Positions 9,079 to 17,799 are shown, counted from the first letter of the stretch. The stretch is DNA of 59,372 nt from Patescibacteria group bacterium (GCA_018897195.1 JAHILH010000004.1:149678-209049); one strand, 5' to 3'. Notes: generated by a model not told the origin, from the sequence alone. Program-made: numbers and translations.

Positions 9079-10281
9079 ATGAGTGTAAGAAAATTCCGTA
9101 AGCGTTGGTATATTGATATTTACTACAATAACAAACGCATACGTAAACCTAGTCCAGAAAATTCCAGAGCAGGTGCAAGAGCATACGAAGCCTACGCCCT
9201 ACAACAACTATCAAGAGGGGTAGATCCATTTGAAGCGGAGAAAATAAAAAAGGTAATACTCTTTAGTGACTTCGCTTGGAAATGGGTCGAGCTGTATGCC
9301 AAGACAAATAATAAAGTCTCTGGTGTGCGTGGTAAAACTAGTGTGCTTAAAACTCACCTCGTGCCATTCTTTGGTAAATGTAAACTGAATGAAATTACAA
9401 ACTTTTTAGTAGAGGAATACAAAGCTCTTGCTTTAAAAAAAGGATTATGTAATAAAACAGTTAATAATCATCTCACCATCTTAAACACTTGCTTAACGCA
9501 CGCCGTTGAGTGGGATGAACTAGAGACACCGCCTAGAATTAAAAGACTATCAGTGCCACAACAAAAATTTGATTTCATGACCTTTGAAGAAAGTGAAATG
9601 TTAATCAATCAAGCAGATGGTTATTTGCAAGAGATGATTTTGTTTGCATTGCACACTGGCATGAGATACGGAGAGTTGCGCGCAATCAGCTGGCAACATA
9701 TCAATTGGGATAATAAACTCCTAGCAGTCAAAGGTGCCTTTTATCGCGACATCCTTGGCTCAACCAAAAGCAACAAAGAAAGACATATTCCCCTCTCCCC
9801 TCGGCTTTATAGTGTCTTAGCTAAACGCAAGAAAACAAGAGGCTTTATCTTCGCTGATAGTAATGGGGATTATCTTAAAGAAAATCTCGCTCGCCAAGCC
9901 TTAAAGCGCTTAATCGCTAAAACCGAGCTTAATCGCGATAATGGTCGAAAGATAGGTTGGCACGCCTTAAGACACACATTCGCCTCACAGTTGGCCATGA
10001 GAGGCGCTCCCTTGTCTGCTATACAACAGTTGTTAGGTCACTCTGATATCCAAACAACAATGAAGTACGCTCACCTTTCACCATCAACACTACGAAGCAC
10101 AATTAAGCTCTTAGAAAACGGTAATGAAAATGGCTTTGGGCATCATTTGGTCAACACACCCGTTTTGAAACCAGAATTTCAAGAGATTATGTGTGCATTA
10201 GATGTCAATTCTACGGCTAACCTTAAAACAAAAACAGAGTCTTGCGACTCTGCTTTGTATGGTGGAGATGGCGGGAGTTGA
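9079..10281 (+). CDS. int: Tyrosine recombinase / phage-type integrase
   Basis: Catalytic signature R (MRYGELRAI), HxxR (HALRHTF), H and Y (LLGHSDIQTTMKYAH). The ATG at 9079 is preferred over the TTG at 9070. The last ~55 codons run through the tmRNA terminator and the tmRNA 3' end. Confidence 0.9.
   Translation: MSVRKFRKRWYIDIYYNNKRIRKPSPENSRAGARAYEAYALQQLSRGVDPFEAEKIKKVILFSDFAWKWVELYAKTNNKVSGVRGKTSVLKTHLVPFFGKCKLNEITNFLVEEYKALALKKGLCNKTVNNHLTILNTCLTHAVEWDELETPPRIKRLSVPQQKFDFMTFEESEMLINQADGYLQEMILFALHTGMRYGELRAISWQHINWDNKLLAVKGAFYRDILGSTKSNKERHIPLSPRLYSVLAKRKKTRGFIFADSNGDYLKENLARQALKRLIAKTELNRDNGRKIGWHALRHTFASQLAMRGAPLSAIQQLLGHSDIQTTMKYAHLSPSTLRSTIKLLENGNENGFGHHLVNTPVLKPEFQEIMCALDVNSTANLKTKTESCDSALYGGDGGS
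10225..10252 (-). terminator. Intrinsic terminator of ssrA, embedded in the integrase ORF
   Basis: The minus strand reads CAGAGTC-gcaa-GACTCTG-TTTTTGTTTT, starting 7 nt after the tmRNA 3' end. Confidence 0.6.
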
Positions 10282-10646
10282 ACCCGCGTCTAACATGTAT
10301 CCATTAATATCTGTACAAGAATATTCTGATTTGTTGTTTCGCTAAAATCGTAAAAACCAAACAAAATCGATTCTAGCTAGTCTTCTGTATTTAAATATAT
10401 AAACGAAAACGATTTATATATCTAGCTTGATAATATGACACCTGCTTTTGGCTATCAAGCCATCACCAAGGCAGATGGTCGCGGCAGTTAAGCGGCAACA
10501 GGAGCAAAAGCAGGCATGCTGAAAGCAGCTACTTTTGCAAATGTGTTTTTAGCACTTGTTTTTCTCCAACTGTGATTAACGTGCTCATTGGAACGCACGT
10601 CTTGAATATTTAACAGAGAGGCACGCTATCGATTCCCAGCATCCCC
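10260..10646 (-). ncRNA. ssrA: tmRNA (transfer-messenger RNA)
   Basis: The minus strand starts GGGGATGCTGGGAATCGA and ends ...GGGTTCAACTCCCGCCATCTCCACCA, a tRNA-like acceptor/T-arm. An internal tag reading frame encodes AKNTFAKVAAFSMPAFAPVAA followed by TAA. It lies directly downstream of smpB. Confidence 0.85.
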
Positions 10647-10711
10647 TTTTTTTCATTTAGCATGAAACTTGAAACACACGACAATATTTGTCATGTGCTT
10701 TATTTTTTATA

Positions 10712-11185
10712 CTACTTTGAATATTGCGCCCGCTTTGTCGCTGTCTTCATATCTCTCTCCACATCTTTCTTTTTAATATCATCCCGCTTGTCATATTTCT
10801 TCTTACCGCGACCAACACCAAACTCCAATTTTAACAAATTGTGTTTTGTATAAATTTTAATCGGCACCAAAGTTAATCCCTGTTCTTTCTTCTTGCCAAT
10901 CAAATGATTCACTTCGCTCTTGTGCAATAATAATTTTCGTGATCTTTCCGGATCGTAATCCAACACCGTCGTCGCGCGACTATACTTCGGGATATGCGAA
11001 TTGGTCAAATACAATTCCACTTTCCCACTTTCACGCCCTTTGATAGTCACATAAGCCCCCTTCAAGCTGATATGCCCCGTCTTCACTGACTTCACTTCAT
11101 GCCCAGCCAAAACCAACCCCGCCTCATACTTGTCGGTAATCTCATAGTCAAAATTTGCTCGTTTGTTATATGCTAAAACTGTCAT
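10712..11185 (-). CDS. smpB: SsrA-binding protein SmpB
   Basis: MTVLAYNKRANFDYEI...LVLAGHEVKS...LLLHKSE is the classic SmpB pattern. The likely start is the ATG at 11185. Confidence 0.9.
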   Translation of the reverse strand: MTVLAYNKRANFDYEITDKYEAGLVLAGHEVKSVKTGHISLKGAYVTIKGRESGKVELYLTNSHIPKYSRATTVLDYDPERSRKLLLHKSEVNHLIGKKKEQGLTLVPIKIYTKHNLLKLEFGVGRGKKKYDKRDDIKKKDVERDMKTATKRAQYSK

Positions 11186-11318
11186 AATTTCATAATTATA
11201 CAATAATATTAGAACTTTTGCAAGCCCTTGCCAAATTTTTAAATATGGTTTACAATATACTCAGGTTAAGAAATAAAACTCTTAGCTTTTTTGTTTAAAA
11301 TCTTTCAAACAAAACCAC

Positions 11319-11390
11319 GCGGGTATGGTATAGTGGCTATTATATCACCTTGCCAAGGTGGAAAGACGGGTTCGATTCCCGTTACCCGCT
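11319..11390 (+). tRNA. tRNA-Gly (GCC)
   Basis: Acceptor stem GCGGGTA/TACCCGC, anticodon loop TTGCCAA, T-arm GGGTTCGATTCCC. CCA is not encoded. Confidence 0.9.
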
Positions 11391-11452
11391 CACTAAAAAA
11401 ATAACTCCAAACGGAGTTATTTTTTTTTATTCCTATAATAAATTATAATCCC

Positions 11453-12193
11453 TTACCCAAACTTCAAATAAATCTCCAAAAACGACGGTTTCAATCGATC
11501 ACGGTTTTTCTTATAGGTTGTATCACTCGAATTCTCAATATCACTAATAACCTCCGCAAAGCCCACCATCATTGTTTGGTACACTTGGTCTCCAGGATAA
11601 AATTCTTTAGCTTCTGTAAAATTTATTTTTAGCATCGGCAAAGCCTTAAGTACTTCTTCTCTGTTTTCTATTTTAGTAATTTTATCCACCTCATCACTGA
11701 GTGATAAAAAGTTATTACTTATATTTTTCACGCGATTTTCTTCTCGTAATTGTTTAATCTTTTGTCGCACTTTTGCCAGCTGGTCATAGGCGCCTACATA
11801 ATCTCCGCTCTGCATTAAATCATTGGCTAGTCTGTTAAGATCAGTAATTGAATCAATCTTTTCTTCCCAGTTCCGCGTAGTAATATATTCTTTCGGCTTA
11901 CTGTTTATAAAATTTTTCTCAATTACCAGCCAATACGCCAACACCTCCTGCATCCCCTTCTCTGCCACGTCTTTTTTATTATCATTTAATGCTACTAAAG
12001 TTTTTTTATAAATCTCATTAAAGTCTTTTACCTGTCCGTCAAAGCTTGTATCATTAACAACCACCGTTGGTAAATTGTTTTGTGCATTTCTTTTTGTCAG
12101 ATAACTAACCAAGGCAAAAAACACAATCAGCACAAAAATAGTCACCGCTACAATTATTACTTTTTTTCTTTTGGTTAGGGTTACAAAATTCAT
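11453..12193 (-). CDS. Hypothetical membrane-anchored protein
   Basis: 246-aa ORF with one N-terminal TM segment (VIIVAVTIFVLIVFFALVSYL). No catalytic motif was recognised. Confidence 0.6.
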   Translation of the reverse strand: MNFVTLTKRKKVIIVAVTIFVLIVFFALVSYLTKRNAQNNLPTVVVNDTSFDGQVKDFNEIYKKTLVALNDNKKDVAEKGMQEVLAYWLVIEKNFINSKPKEYITTRNWEEKIDSITDLNRLANDLMQSGDYVGAYDQLAKVRQKIKQLREENRVKNISNNFLSLSDEVDKITKIENREEVLKALPMLKINFTEAKEFYPGDQVYQTMMVGFAEVISDIENSSDTTYKKNRDRLKPSFLEIYLKFG

Positions 12194-12259
12194 ACTTCTA
12201 TTATATCAACCTTTATATGTTTTGTCATTCTTACTATGCAGAGAAAATTTATACTGACT

Positions 12260-12293
12260 CCCTCTCCCCGCCGGGAGAGGGCTGGGGTGAGGG
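12260..12293. repeat. GC-rich hairpin element (CCCTCTCCC-cgcc-GGGAGAGGG plus a CTGGGGTGAGGG tail)
   Basis: A perfect 9-bp GC-rich stem in an AT-rich divergent intergenic region. Confidence 0.6.
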
Positions 12294-12384
12294 ATCATTA
12301 TTAAAATAATTCCTATTTAATATTCTTCGCACGTTCTACCTTACCCCGCCCTCTTTATAATTAGTCGGGCGAGGATTACGTTAA

Positions 12385-12406
12385 CCCTCTCCTACAAAGG
12401 AGAGGG
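12385..12406. repeat. Second GC-rich hairpin with the same stem (CCCTCTCC-tacaaa-GGAGAGGG)
   Basis: Same 8-bp stem sequence as the hairpin at 12260, about 125 bp away. Confidence 0.6.
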
Positions 12407-12463
12407 AGAATACATATAATTCAAAATTTGCTACTTTTTCTATTTTTAGATATATTTATTCAT

Positions 12464-12850
12464 ATGAAGAAAAAAATTTACATCTTTGGCAATCTTTTAT
12501 TAGATTTTGATAATACCCCCCTCCTTCTCCAACCTGAGTTAAGCAAGCTTTTTCCGGATATCGATTTTATTATCCAAGACCCGAACGAAAATCTCCATCC
12601 TGACAACAAAGAATTGGTAATCATCGACACCGTTGAAGATATTAAAGAAGTAAAAATTCTCACAGATATTAACCAAATTCAAATCGAACCAAAATATTCC
12701 ATGCATGACTTCGATCTTGGTTTTAATCTCAAGCTATTACACAAAATAGGACACTTGGAAAAAATGACTATTTTTTGCGTTCCCATGTTTATAAACAAAC
12801 AAGTTGCCTTGGAGCAACTTGTTAAAGAGATAGCTAAGTTTTATAAATAA
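12464..12850 (+). CDS. Hydrogenase maturation endopeptidase (HycI/HybD family)
   Basis: IFGNLLLDFDN, IIDTV and SMHDF match the spacing of the metal-ligand positions of this family. It is about 128 aa from the ATG at 12464 and convergent with the large subunit. Confidence 0.65.
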   Translation: MKKKIYIFGNLLLDFDNTPLLLQPELSKLFPDIDFIIQDPNENLHPDNKELVIIDTVEDIKEVKILTDINQIQIEPKYSMHDFDLGFNLKLLHKIGHLEKMTIFCVPMFINKQVALEQLVKEIAKFYK

Positions 12851-12852
12851 AC

Positions 12853-14196
12853 CTAAGTCCAATTTACGCGCAAGAAATGTGACGCACAAGACATACACGG
12901 ATCATAGGCGCGAATTATTTTTTCCACTTCAAATTTTATTTTCTCTTCCCAAATCTTCTCGGGGGTAATCCCAGTCTCACAAATACCACTCACTGCCAAA
13001 CGAACATCTTCACGCATGTTTACTAAATTTTGCGCCGTTGGAATCACCAAATTCGCGTAACGCACTTTCCCCTTTTCAATTCCCAGCCAATAATACAAAG
13101 TGCCGCGTGGTGCTTCCACAACGCCCACTCCCTCGCCATCCTGCTTCAAGGGTTTTTTTATTTCTTCTTTTTTAAATTTCGTATTAGTTAAAAGTTCAAT
13201 CGCATGATCAACGGAATGCATAATCTCGATTGCCTGCGCTAAGTTATTATGATAAATATTGTTTGATGGAAAAACATCCAAATATTTTTTCATATCTTGT
13301 TTGGTATTTTTATGCAGACTTTCTTTATTTAAATTTAAACGCGCCAATGAGCCCACCATATATTCTTTACCTTCAAACTCAAAACCTTTCGCTTGTGAAT
13401 ATGGCAAAACCACAGTGTGCAGATGATCCCAATAATCTGCCTCTTTAATACACGCACCATCCGAAGAGCAAATCGCTCCTTCTAAAAAAGAAAAGTCCGG
13501 CGTGGCCAAGGCGACAAAATTAGTTTTGCGTTTTAATTCCCAATGACAGTTATAAAAAATTTCCGCCAAATTAATTACAGATTCGCGAATGCTTTTTAAT
13601 TCCTCAATCATCGCCGGCACTTTAGTATTATCCACTTCATTCGTAAAACCGCCGACTACTTCAAAGGGTGCGTGCACTGAGCGTCCGCCAATTAAGTTTG
13701 ATAAATTATTACCCGCCTCTTTCATGTGTAAAGATTGATGGATTAATTCCTTTCCGTCAATTCCAGCTGGTACTCCCTTACTCAATAAAAAATCTTTATC
13801 TAGGTCCGCAATTTCTAGAGCTGAGTCAATACCAAAAATATCCGGCATCGCAAAAAAATACAAATGCAAGGCATGGTCACGAATCATCAGGGAATACATC
13901 ATCAACTTGCGCATGATAACTGTTTGTTCACTCGGCACAATTTCTAAAGTTTTTTCTACCGCCTCAATACAAGCGGTTAAATGGGCCACGCTGCATGTCC
14001 CACAAATACGTGACACCAATTGTGGCACCGCCAAAGCTGATTTACCTTGAACTGCCTGTGTAAAAAAACGTTGATTCTCCATCACGTGCAACTGCACATC
14101 TTCCACTTTGCCATCACGAATCTTCACATCTAAATCAGCGTGTCCTTCAATTTTTGATAAACGATTAATTGAAATGTCGATATCACATGTATGCAT
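12853..14196 (-). CDS. [NiFe]-hydrogenase large subunit (group 3-like)
   Basis: N-terminal RICGTCSVAH and C-terminal DPCMSCASH Ni-Fe ligand motifs, plus a short C-terminal extension (FLRVNWT) suitable for protease processing. The start was moved to the ATG at 14196 (MHTCDIDIS), which removes the 68-nt overlap with the small subunit. Confidence 0.85.
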   Translation of the reverse strand: MHTCDIDISINRLSKIEGHADLDVKIRDGKVEDVQLHVMENQRFFTQAVQGKSALAVPQLVSRICGTCSVAHLTACIEAVEKTLEIVPSEQTVIMRKLMMYSLMIRDHALHLYFFAMPDIFGIDSALEIADLDKDFLLSKGVPAGIDGKELIHQSLHMKEAGNNLSNLIGGRSVHAPFEVVGGFTNEVDNTKVPAMIEELKSIRESVINLAEIFYNCHWELKRKTNFVALATPDFSFLEGAICSSDGACIKEADYWDHLHTVVLPYSQAKGFEFEGKEYMVGSLARLNLNKESLHKNTKQDMKKYLDVFPSNNIYHNNLAQAIEIMHSVDHAIELLTNTKFKKEEIKKPLKQDGEGVGVVEAPRGTLYYWLGIEKGKVRYANLVIPTAQNLVNMREDVRLAVSGICETGITPEKIWEEKIKFEVEKIIRAYDPCMSCASHFLRVNWT

Positions 14197-14206
14197 AAAA
14201 TTTATT

Positions 14207-14662
14207 TTAAATATATTTTTCAAAAACTTCAATGAATTTTTTCTCATCAATCGGACATCCCTGAATTTCATCATCCAATTTCACCACTTCTTTGATTGCC
14301 ATACATTTTGACAAAAAATGAAATTTTTTCAAATCATCCTTAATCTCCTCCAACTGTTCCTCATTAAAATTATTACGTTGACAGGTCGGCATACCTGTTA
14401 TTGAACAATTACCCATGCCAATTAAAATCTTCGTCTTATTTCTCAGTTCTTTAATTTCTTTTAAATCTCTTTCGGTAGTTATTACTCCCTCAACTAACAC
14501 CACGTCAAAATCAGTCACATCACGCCGATCTTTCATAGACAAAAAATATGACAACTCCATCTTCTCCAACCAACCTACAAGTTTTTTATTAAAAATCTCA
14601 ATCAAATAAATGCTACACCCCTCATCACAGGTAAAAGTAAAGACACCGACTTTCTTTTTCAT
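14207..14662 (-). CDS. [NiFe]-hydrogenase small subunit, minimal form (151 aa)
   Basis: Cys pattern TCDEGC...GNCSITG...GCP, consistent with a single proximal [4Fe-4S] cluster (NuoB-like fold). It lies directly upstream of the large subunit. Confidence 0.75.
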   Translation of the reverse strand: MKKKVGVFTFTCDEGCSIYLIEIFNKKLVGWLEKMELSYFLSMKDRRDVTDFDVVLVEGVITTERDLKEIKELRNKTKILIGMGNCSITGMPTCQRNNFNEEQLEEIKDDLKKFHFLSKCMAIKEVVKLDDEIQGCPIDEKKFIEVFEKYI

Positions 14663-14713
14663 AGATTTTTAATTATTTATTAATACTTTAATTATATCAC
14701 TATTTAAGGAAAT

Positions 14714-14748
14714 AAAAAAACCTCAGTATTTTAAACTGAGGTTTTTTT
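14714..14748. terminator. Intrinsic terminator between dfx and the hydrogenase genes
   Basis: A7-CCTCAGT-attttaa-ACTGAGG-T7. Confidence 0.7.
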
Positions 14749-14749
14749 A

Positions 14750-15124
14750 TTATACTTTCCAAAGTCCGTGTTGATTACAATAGGCACGAGCGGTTACCGT
14801 CTCTGCTATAATGCAAAATTCCGCCATCGGTTCATTTGTTGGTGCCAAATTCTTTCGATAAACTTTTCCGTCAACTATCAAATCAATCCACTCAATATAG
14901 TGTTCTGCAATCATTGGATGTGTCACCTCGCCCACGCTCACTTTATATCCATTCTCCGTCTTCTCTATCACAGGCACATGTTTTTCAACAGCCGCATCAG
15001 TTGTGTTTTCAACTTGCAAATTCATTGCTTGCCCACAACACACTAATTGTCCACCAGCTGTATGCACCACTTCAACAATGTTGCCACAAATCGCACATTT
15101 ATAAACTTCATTTAAATTTGTCAT
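14750..15124 (-). CDS. dfx: Desulfoferrodoxin (2Fe superoxide reductase)
   Basis: N-terminal desulforedoxin-like CAICGN...VCCG, followed by an SOR domain (HPM..EHYIEW). Length is 124 aa. Confidence 0.85.
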   Translation of the reverse strand: MTNLNEVYKCAICGNIVEVVHTAGGQLVCCGQAMNLQVENTTDAAVEKHVPVIEKTENGYKVSVGEVTHPMIAEHYIEWIDLIVDGKVYRKNLAPTNEPMAEFCIIAETVTARAYCNQHGLWKV

Positions 15125-15660
15125 ATTTTTAACTTTAAATAATTATTATCTAGTTTTAAATGATCAGCCTCGGTTTCCATAATCGCTTTAAAAACTTCCT
15201 TAACCCATGGCTCACTTGCTTCACCCATGGCTTGTCCATAAAATTCTACCGCTCGTTGCTCTCTTGCCGCTGACTCTTTCACAGCCCCAGTAGCATCATC
15301 AGCACAATTTTCAACCACGCTTGGATCATTTTCTATTTTTGCTTTTAATAATTTACGAAAAACACCAGCATGCTCATTTTCAACTTTTGCTAAACCCTTA
15401 AACATTAAAGCGATTTCCTGATTGCTCAAATTCTGCGCCGCGGCCAAATAAAACGCCGTATTCGAAAGTTCTATTTTTAAAGCTTTTTCTAAATTACTTC
15501 GGCTCGCGTCGCTTAATACTAAATCTTTTCCTTCATCTTTCCAAATTTTGGACAACCATAAATAGCGTCGACTCACTCCACAAAAAGGACAGGTGTGTGG
15601 AACTTCTTCACCCAAATAAACTTCACCGCAAATCCGACACGTAAATATTTTCATAAACAA
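15121..15660 (-). CDS. Reverse rubrerythrin (N-terminal rubredoxin-like domain plus a ferritin-like domain)
   Basis: CRICG...CPFCG at the N-terminus. Diiron ligand motifs are present: ExxH in VENEHAG and a further Glu/His site in TEADHL. Confidence 0.75.
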   Translation of the reverse strand: MFMKIFTCRICGEVYLGEEVPHTCPFCGVSRRYLWLSKIWKDEGKDLVLSDASRSNLEKALKIELSNTAFYLAAAQNLSNQEIALMFKGLAKVENEHAGVFRKLLKAKIENDPSVVENCADDATGAVKESAAREQRAVEFYGQAMGEASEPWVKEVFKAIMETEADHLKLDNNYLKLKI

Positions 15661-15668
15661 TTTTCTTA

Positions 15669-16196
15669 TTAATAATTTTCCACAAACAATTCAAAGTATT
15701 TTTGTTCATGCGCACAAGCTGGGCATCGCACCGGAGCATCATCGCCAGTATGCACATATCCACAATTACCACACTTCCACTCCTTTTCTTCATCTCTTTT
15801 AAAGACTTGTTCTTTTTTAATATTATCTAGGAGCTTTTTATAACGTTCACGGTGCATTTTTTCTGCCTCAGCCACCTTCTCGAAAAGAAACGCAATATCA
15901 TTATGCCCTTCATCTTTTGCATCCTTAGCCATCTGTGGATACATTTCTTCAATTTCATGATGTTCTCCGTCAATTGCCGCTTGTAAAACCTCTTCAATAC
16001 CCCCAATTAATTCTAATTTTTTTGCCCATAGCTTTGCATGTGCTTTTTCATGATTTGCAGTTTCCTCAAATACATTAGCAACCTGCTCATAGCCGGCTTC
16101 GCGTGCCACCTTGGCGAAATAAGTATACTTGTTACGCGCCATTGATTCACCAGCAAAAGCCGCTTCAAGATTTTTTTTCGTTTTTTCTCCTAACAT
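15669..16196 (-). CDS. rbr: Rubrerythrin
   Basis: NLEAAFAGESMARNKY and EETANHEKAHAKLW diiron motifs, with a C-terminal rubredoxin-like CGNCG...CPAC. Confidence 0.9.
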   Translation of the reverse strand: MLGEKTKKNLEAAFAGESMARNKYTYFAKVAREAGYEQVANVFEETANHEKAHAKLWAKKLELIGGIEEVLQAAIDGEHHEIEEMYPQMAKDAKDEGHNDIAFLFEKVAEAEKMHRERYKKLLDNIKKEQVFKRDEEKEWKCGNCGYVHTGDDAPVRCPACAHEQKYFELFVENY

Positions 16197-16317
16197 AAAG
16201 TTTTTTTCACACGCTAATTACTTTATAATTTAGACCGTGCTTATATTAAATAAATTACTAACTGCTTTAATTATAATACATAATTAAGATTAAATGTAGA
16301 TTAAAAAATTATAAATA

Positions 16318-16767
16318 TTATTTATTATTAGAAAAAAAACATTTTAAATGATGGAGAACAAATAATTGTGTTATTATCGAAAAATATATAACATAAACAC
16401 TATATTCAACTAAATAATTAAAGACTGCTCCTGGAAAAATAATAGAAACAAGTCCAGCCCCAATACTAGCAGTGCACATTGTTGCGCTCATCCCACACAC
16501 CTGTAGTGCTGACAAACCCAAAATATACAAAAGCAGTCCCACAAACGAAGTCTTTAATTGGTGTGCCACAATAACCTTCTCTTTGATATTTCTAACCACG
16601 CACATTGCCACAGTTGAAAAAATTAACATAAACACTAATACTAATAAGCGATATTTTCCGATAAAAATATTGGCTGGCACTAAATAATAACTACCAAAAA
16701 ATGCCAATAAAAAAACCAGTTTGCAATAATTACTTTGTAAAACTCTCACTAAATATAAATTTTTCAT
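16318..16767 (-). CDS. Hypothetical polytopic membrane protein (Cys-containing TM segments)
   Basis: 149 aa with about four hydrophobic segments, including QVCGMSATMCTAS. It sits between trxA and rbr in the same orientation. Confidence 0.55.
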   Translation of the reverse strand: MKNLYLVRVLQSNYCKLVFLLAFFGSYYLVPANIFIGKYRLLVLVFMLIFSTVAMCVVRNIKEKVIVAHQLKTSFVGLLLYILGLSALQVCGMSATMCTASIGAGLVSIIFPGAVFNYLVEYSVYVIYFSIITQLFVLHHLKCFFSNNK

Positions 16768-16823
16768 TTTTTTAAAATAAAAAGCGCAAAATCTCGATTT
16801 TGCGCTTTTTACACTAGATCATA

Positions 16824-17147
16824 TTAAAAATATTTTTTAAGCAACTCAATTAGGCCAGTCTTTGGTTGCATACCAACCATTGTTTCCTTTAGCGCTCCGT
16901 CTTTAAAAATCATTAACGTGGGGATGCTCATAACTCCATATTTAATTGCTGTTGCTTGAGACTCATCAGTATTAAGCTTACCCACCACTGCCTTGTCACC
17001 CATTAATTCTGCCACCTCATCAATAATCGGTCCTTGCATTTTACAAGGTCCACACCAAACCGCAAAGAAATCAATTAATACTGGTTTTACCTTAGAAGCC
17101 TCAATTACTTCTGTTTGAAAATTATCATCTGTAAATTGTTTAGTCAT
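16824..17147 (-). CDS. trxA: Thioredoxin
   Basis: WCGPCK active site. Length is 107 aa. Confidence 0.9.
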   Translation of the reverse strand: MTKQFTDDNFQTEVIEASKVKPVLIDFFAVWCGPCKMQGPIIDEVAELMGDKAVVGKLNTDESQATAIKYGVMSIPTLMIFKDGALKETMVGMQPKTGLIELLKKYF

Positions 17148-17211
17148 TTTTTATTTGTACAATATATATAAGTTTTATTACAAACAATAAATATATCATT
17201 TTAATAATAAA

Positions 17212-17454
17212 TTATTTTTTGGTTAATTCAATTAATAGTTTCTTCATTAAATCATCACTACTTTTTTCCCCATACGACTTAGTGCACTTAATAAAATTTT
17301 CTTCAATAAACTTATTCATTAAACTCCCCACCGCTGAATGCACTGCCTTCATTTGAGCAATTACCGCTAAACATTCTTTATTCTCATCTAACATCCTAGA
17401 GACTCCATTCAGTTGTCCAATAACATTATTTATCAATTGTTGTTGTGTTTTCAT
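17212..17454 (-). CDS. CsoR/RcnR-family (DUF156) metal/redox-sensing repressor
   Basis: 80-aa helical protein. It has Cys28 and Cys57 at CsoR-like spacing, with Asn at the position 25 residues after Cys28 where Cu-CsoR has His. Confidence 0.7.
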   Translation of the reverse strand: MKTQQQLINNVIGQLNGVSRMLDENKECLAVIAQMKAVHSAVGSLMNKFIEENFIKCTKSYGEKSSDDLMKKLLIELTKK

Positions 17455-17557
17455 AAATATATTATATTACACACCCTGGCATAGTGTCAACTAAATAAAC
17501 ATAAAAAAACATCTATTACAACGCTTGAATTAATGAATACCAAAAACATATCCACCA

Positions 17558-17630
17558 CTTTTCCACACACTTTTTTTGTTTAATATAAGCCATTTTTAAA
17601 ACTTAAGTCCATGGTTTCCTGGACTTATCC
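17558..17630. repeat. 73-bp direct-repeat module, copy 1 (TTTTCCACA box, TTTAATATAAGCC motif and a palindromic element)
   Basis: Aligns with 17727-17799 with few mismatches. Confidence 0.75.
17601..17630. repeat. Palindromic element (family ACTTAAGTCCA-N8-TGGACTTAAGT)
   Basis: acttaagtccatggtttcctggacttatcc. Confidence 0.8.
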
Positions 17631-17647
17631 ACCCATTTAAAAAATGT

Positions 17648-17677
17648 GACTTAAGTCCAGAGAACTGTAGACTTATC
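17648..17677. repeat. Palindromic element, degenerate copy
   Basis: gacttaagtccagagaactgtagacttatc. Confidence 0.7.
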
Positions 17678-17726
17678 TTTATTTGCTCACTTTTTGACAA
17701 AATCATCAAATTTTAGATATACACTG

Positions 17727-17799
17727 CTTTTCCACAGTTTTTTCTTGTTTAATATAAGCCATTTTTAAAACTTAAGTCCAGAGTTCTCTGGACTTATCC
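17727..17799. repeat. 73-bp direct-repeat module, copy 2
   Basis: Lies 169 bp from copy 1 with the same order of sub-motifs. Confidence 0.75.
17770..17799. repeat. Palindromic element
   Basis: acttaagtccagagttctctggacttatcc. Confidence 0.8.

Larger units (their letters stand above)
1..10281. mobile_element. Integrative genomic island abutting the 3' end of ssrA (tmRNA). It has integrase, excisionase-like HTH and primase-helicase modules plus R-M and HerA-like cargo. The left boundary is not visible in the window.
   Basis: The integrase ORF ends inside the tmRNA 3' end. The Xis-like gene overlaps the integrase start. An AEP primase/RecA-like ATPase fusion and defence-type cargo are present. 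By eye, no second copy of the tmRNA 3' end was noticed in nt 1-10259. Confidence 0.65.

Noticed and set aside
14768-15132. Two plus-strand ORFs of 92 and 98 aa.
   Set aside because: They are antisense to desulfoferrodoxin. The products are Cys/His/Leu-rich nonsense with no start context.
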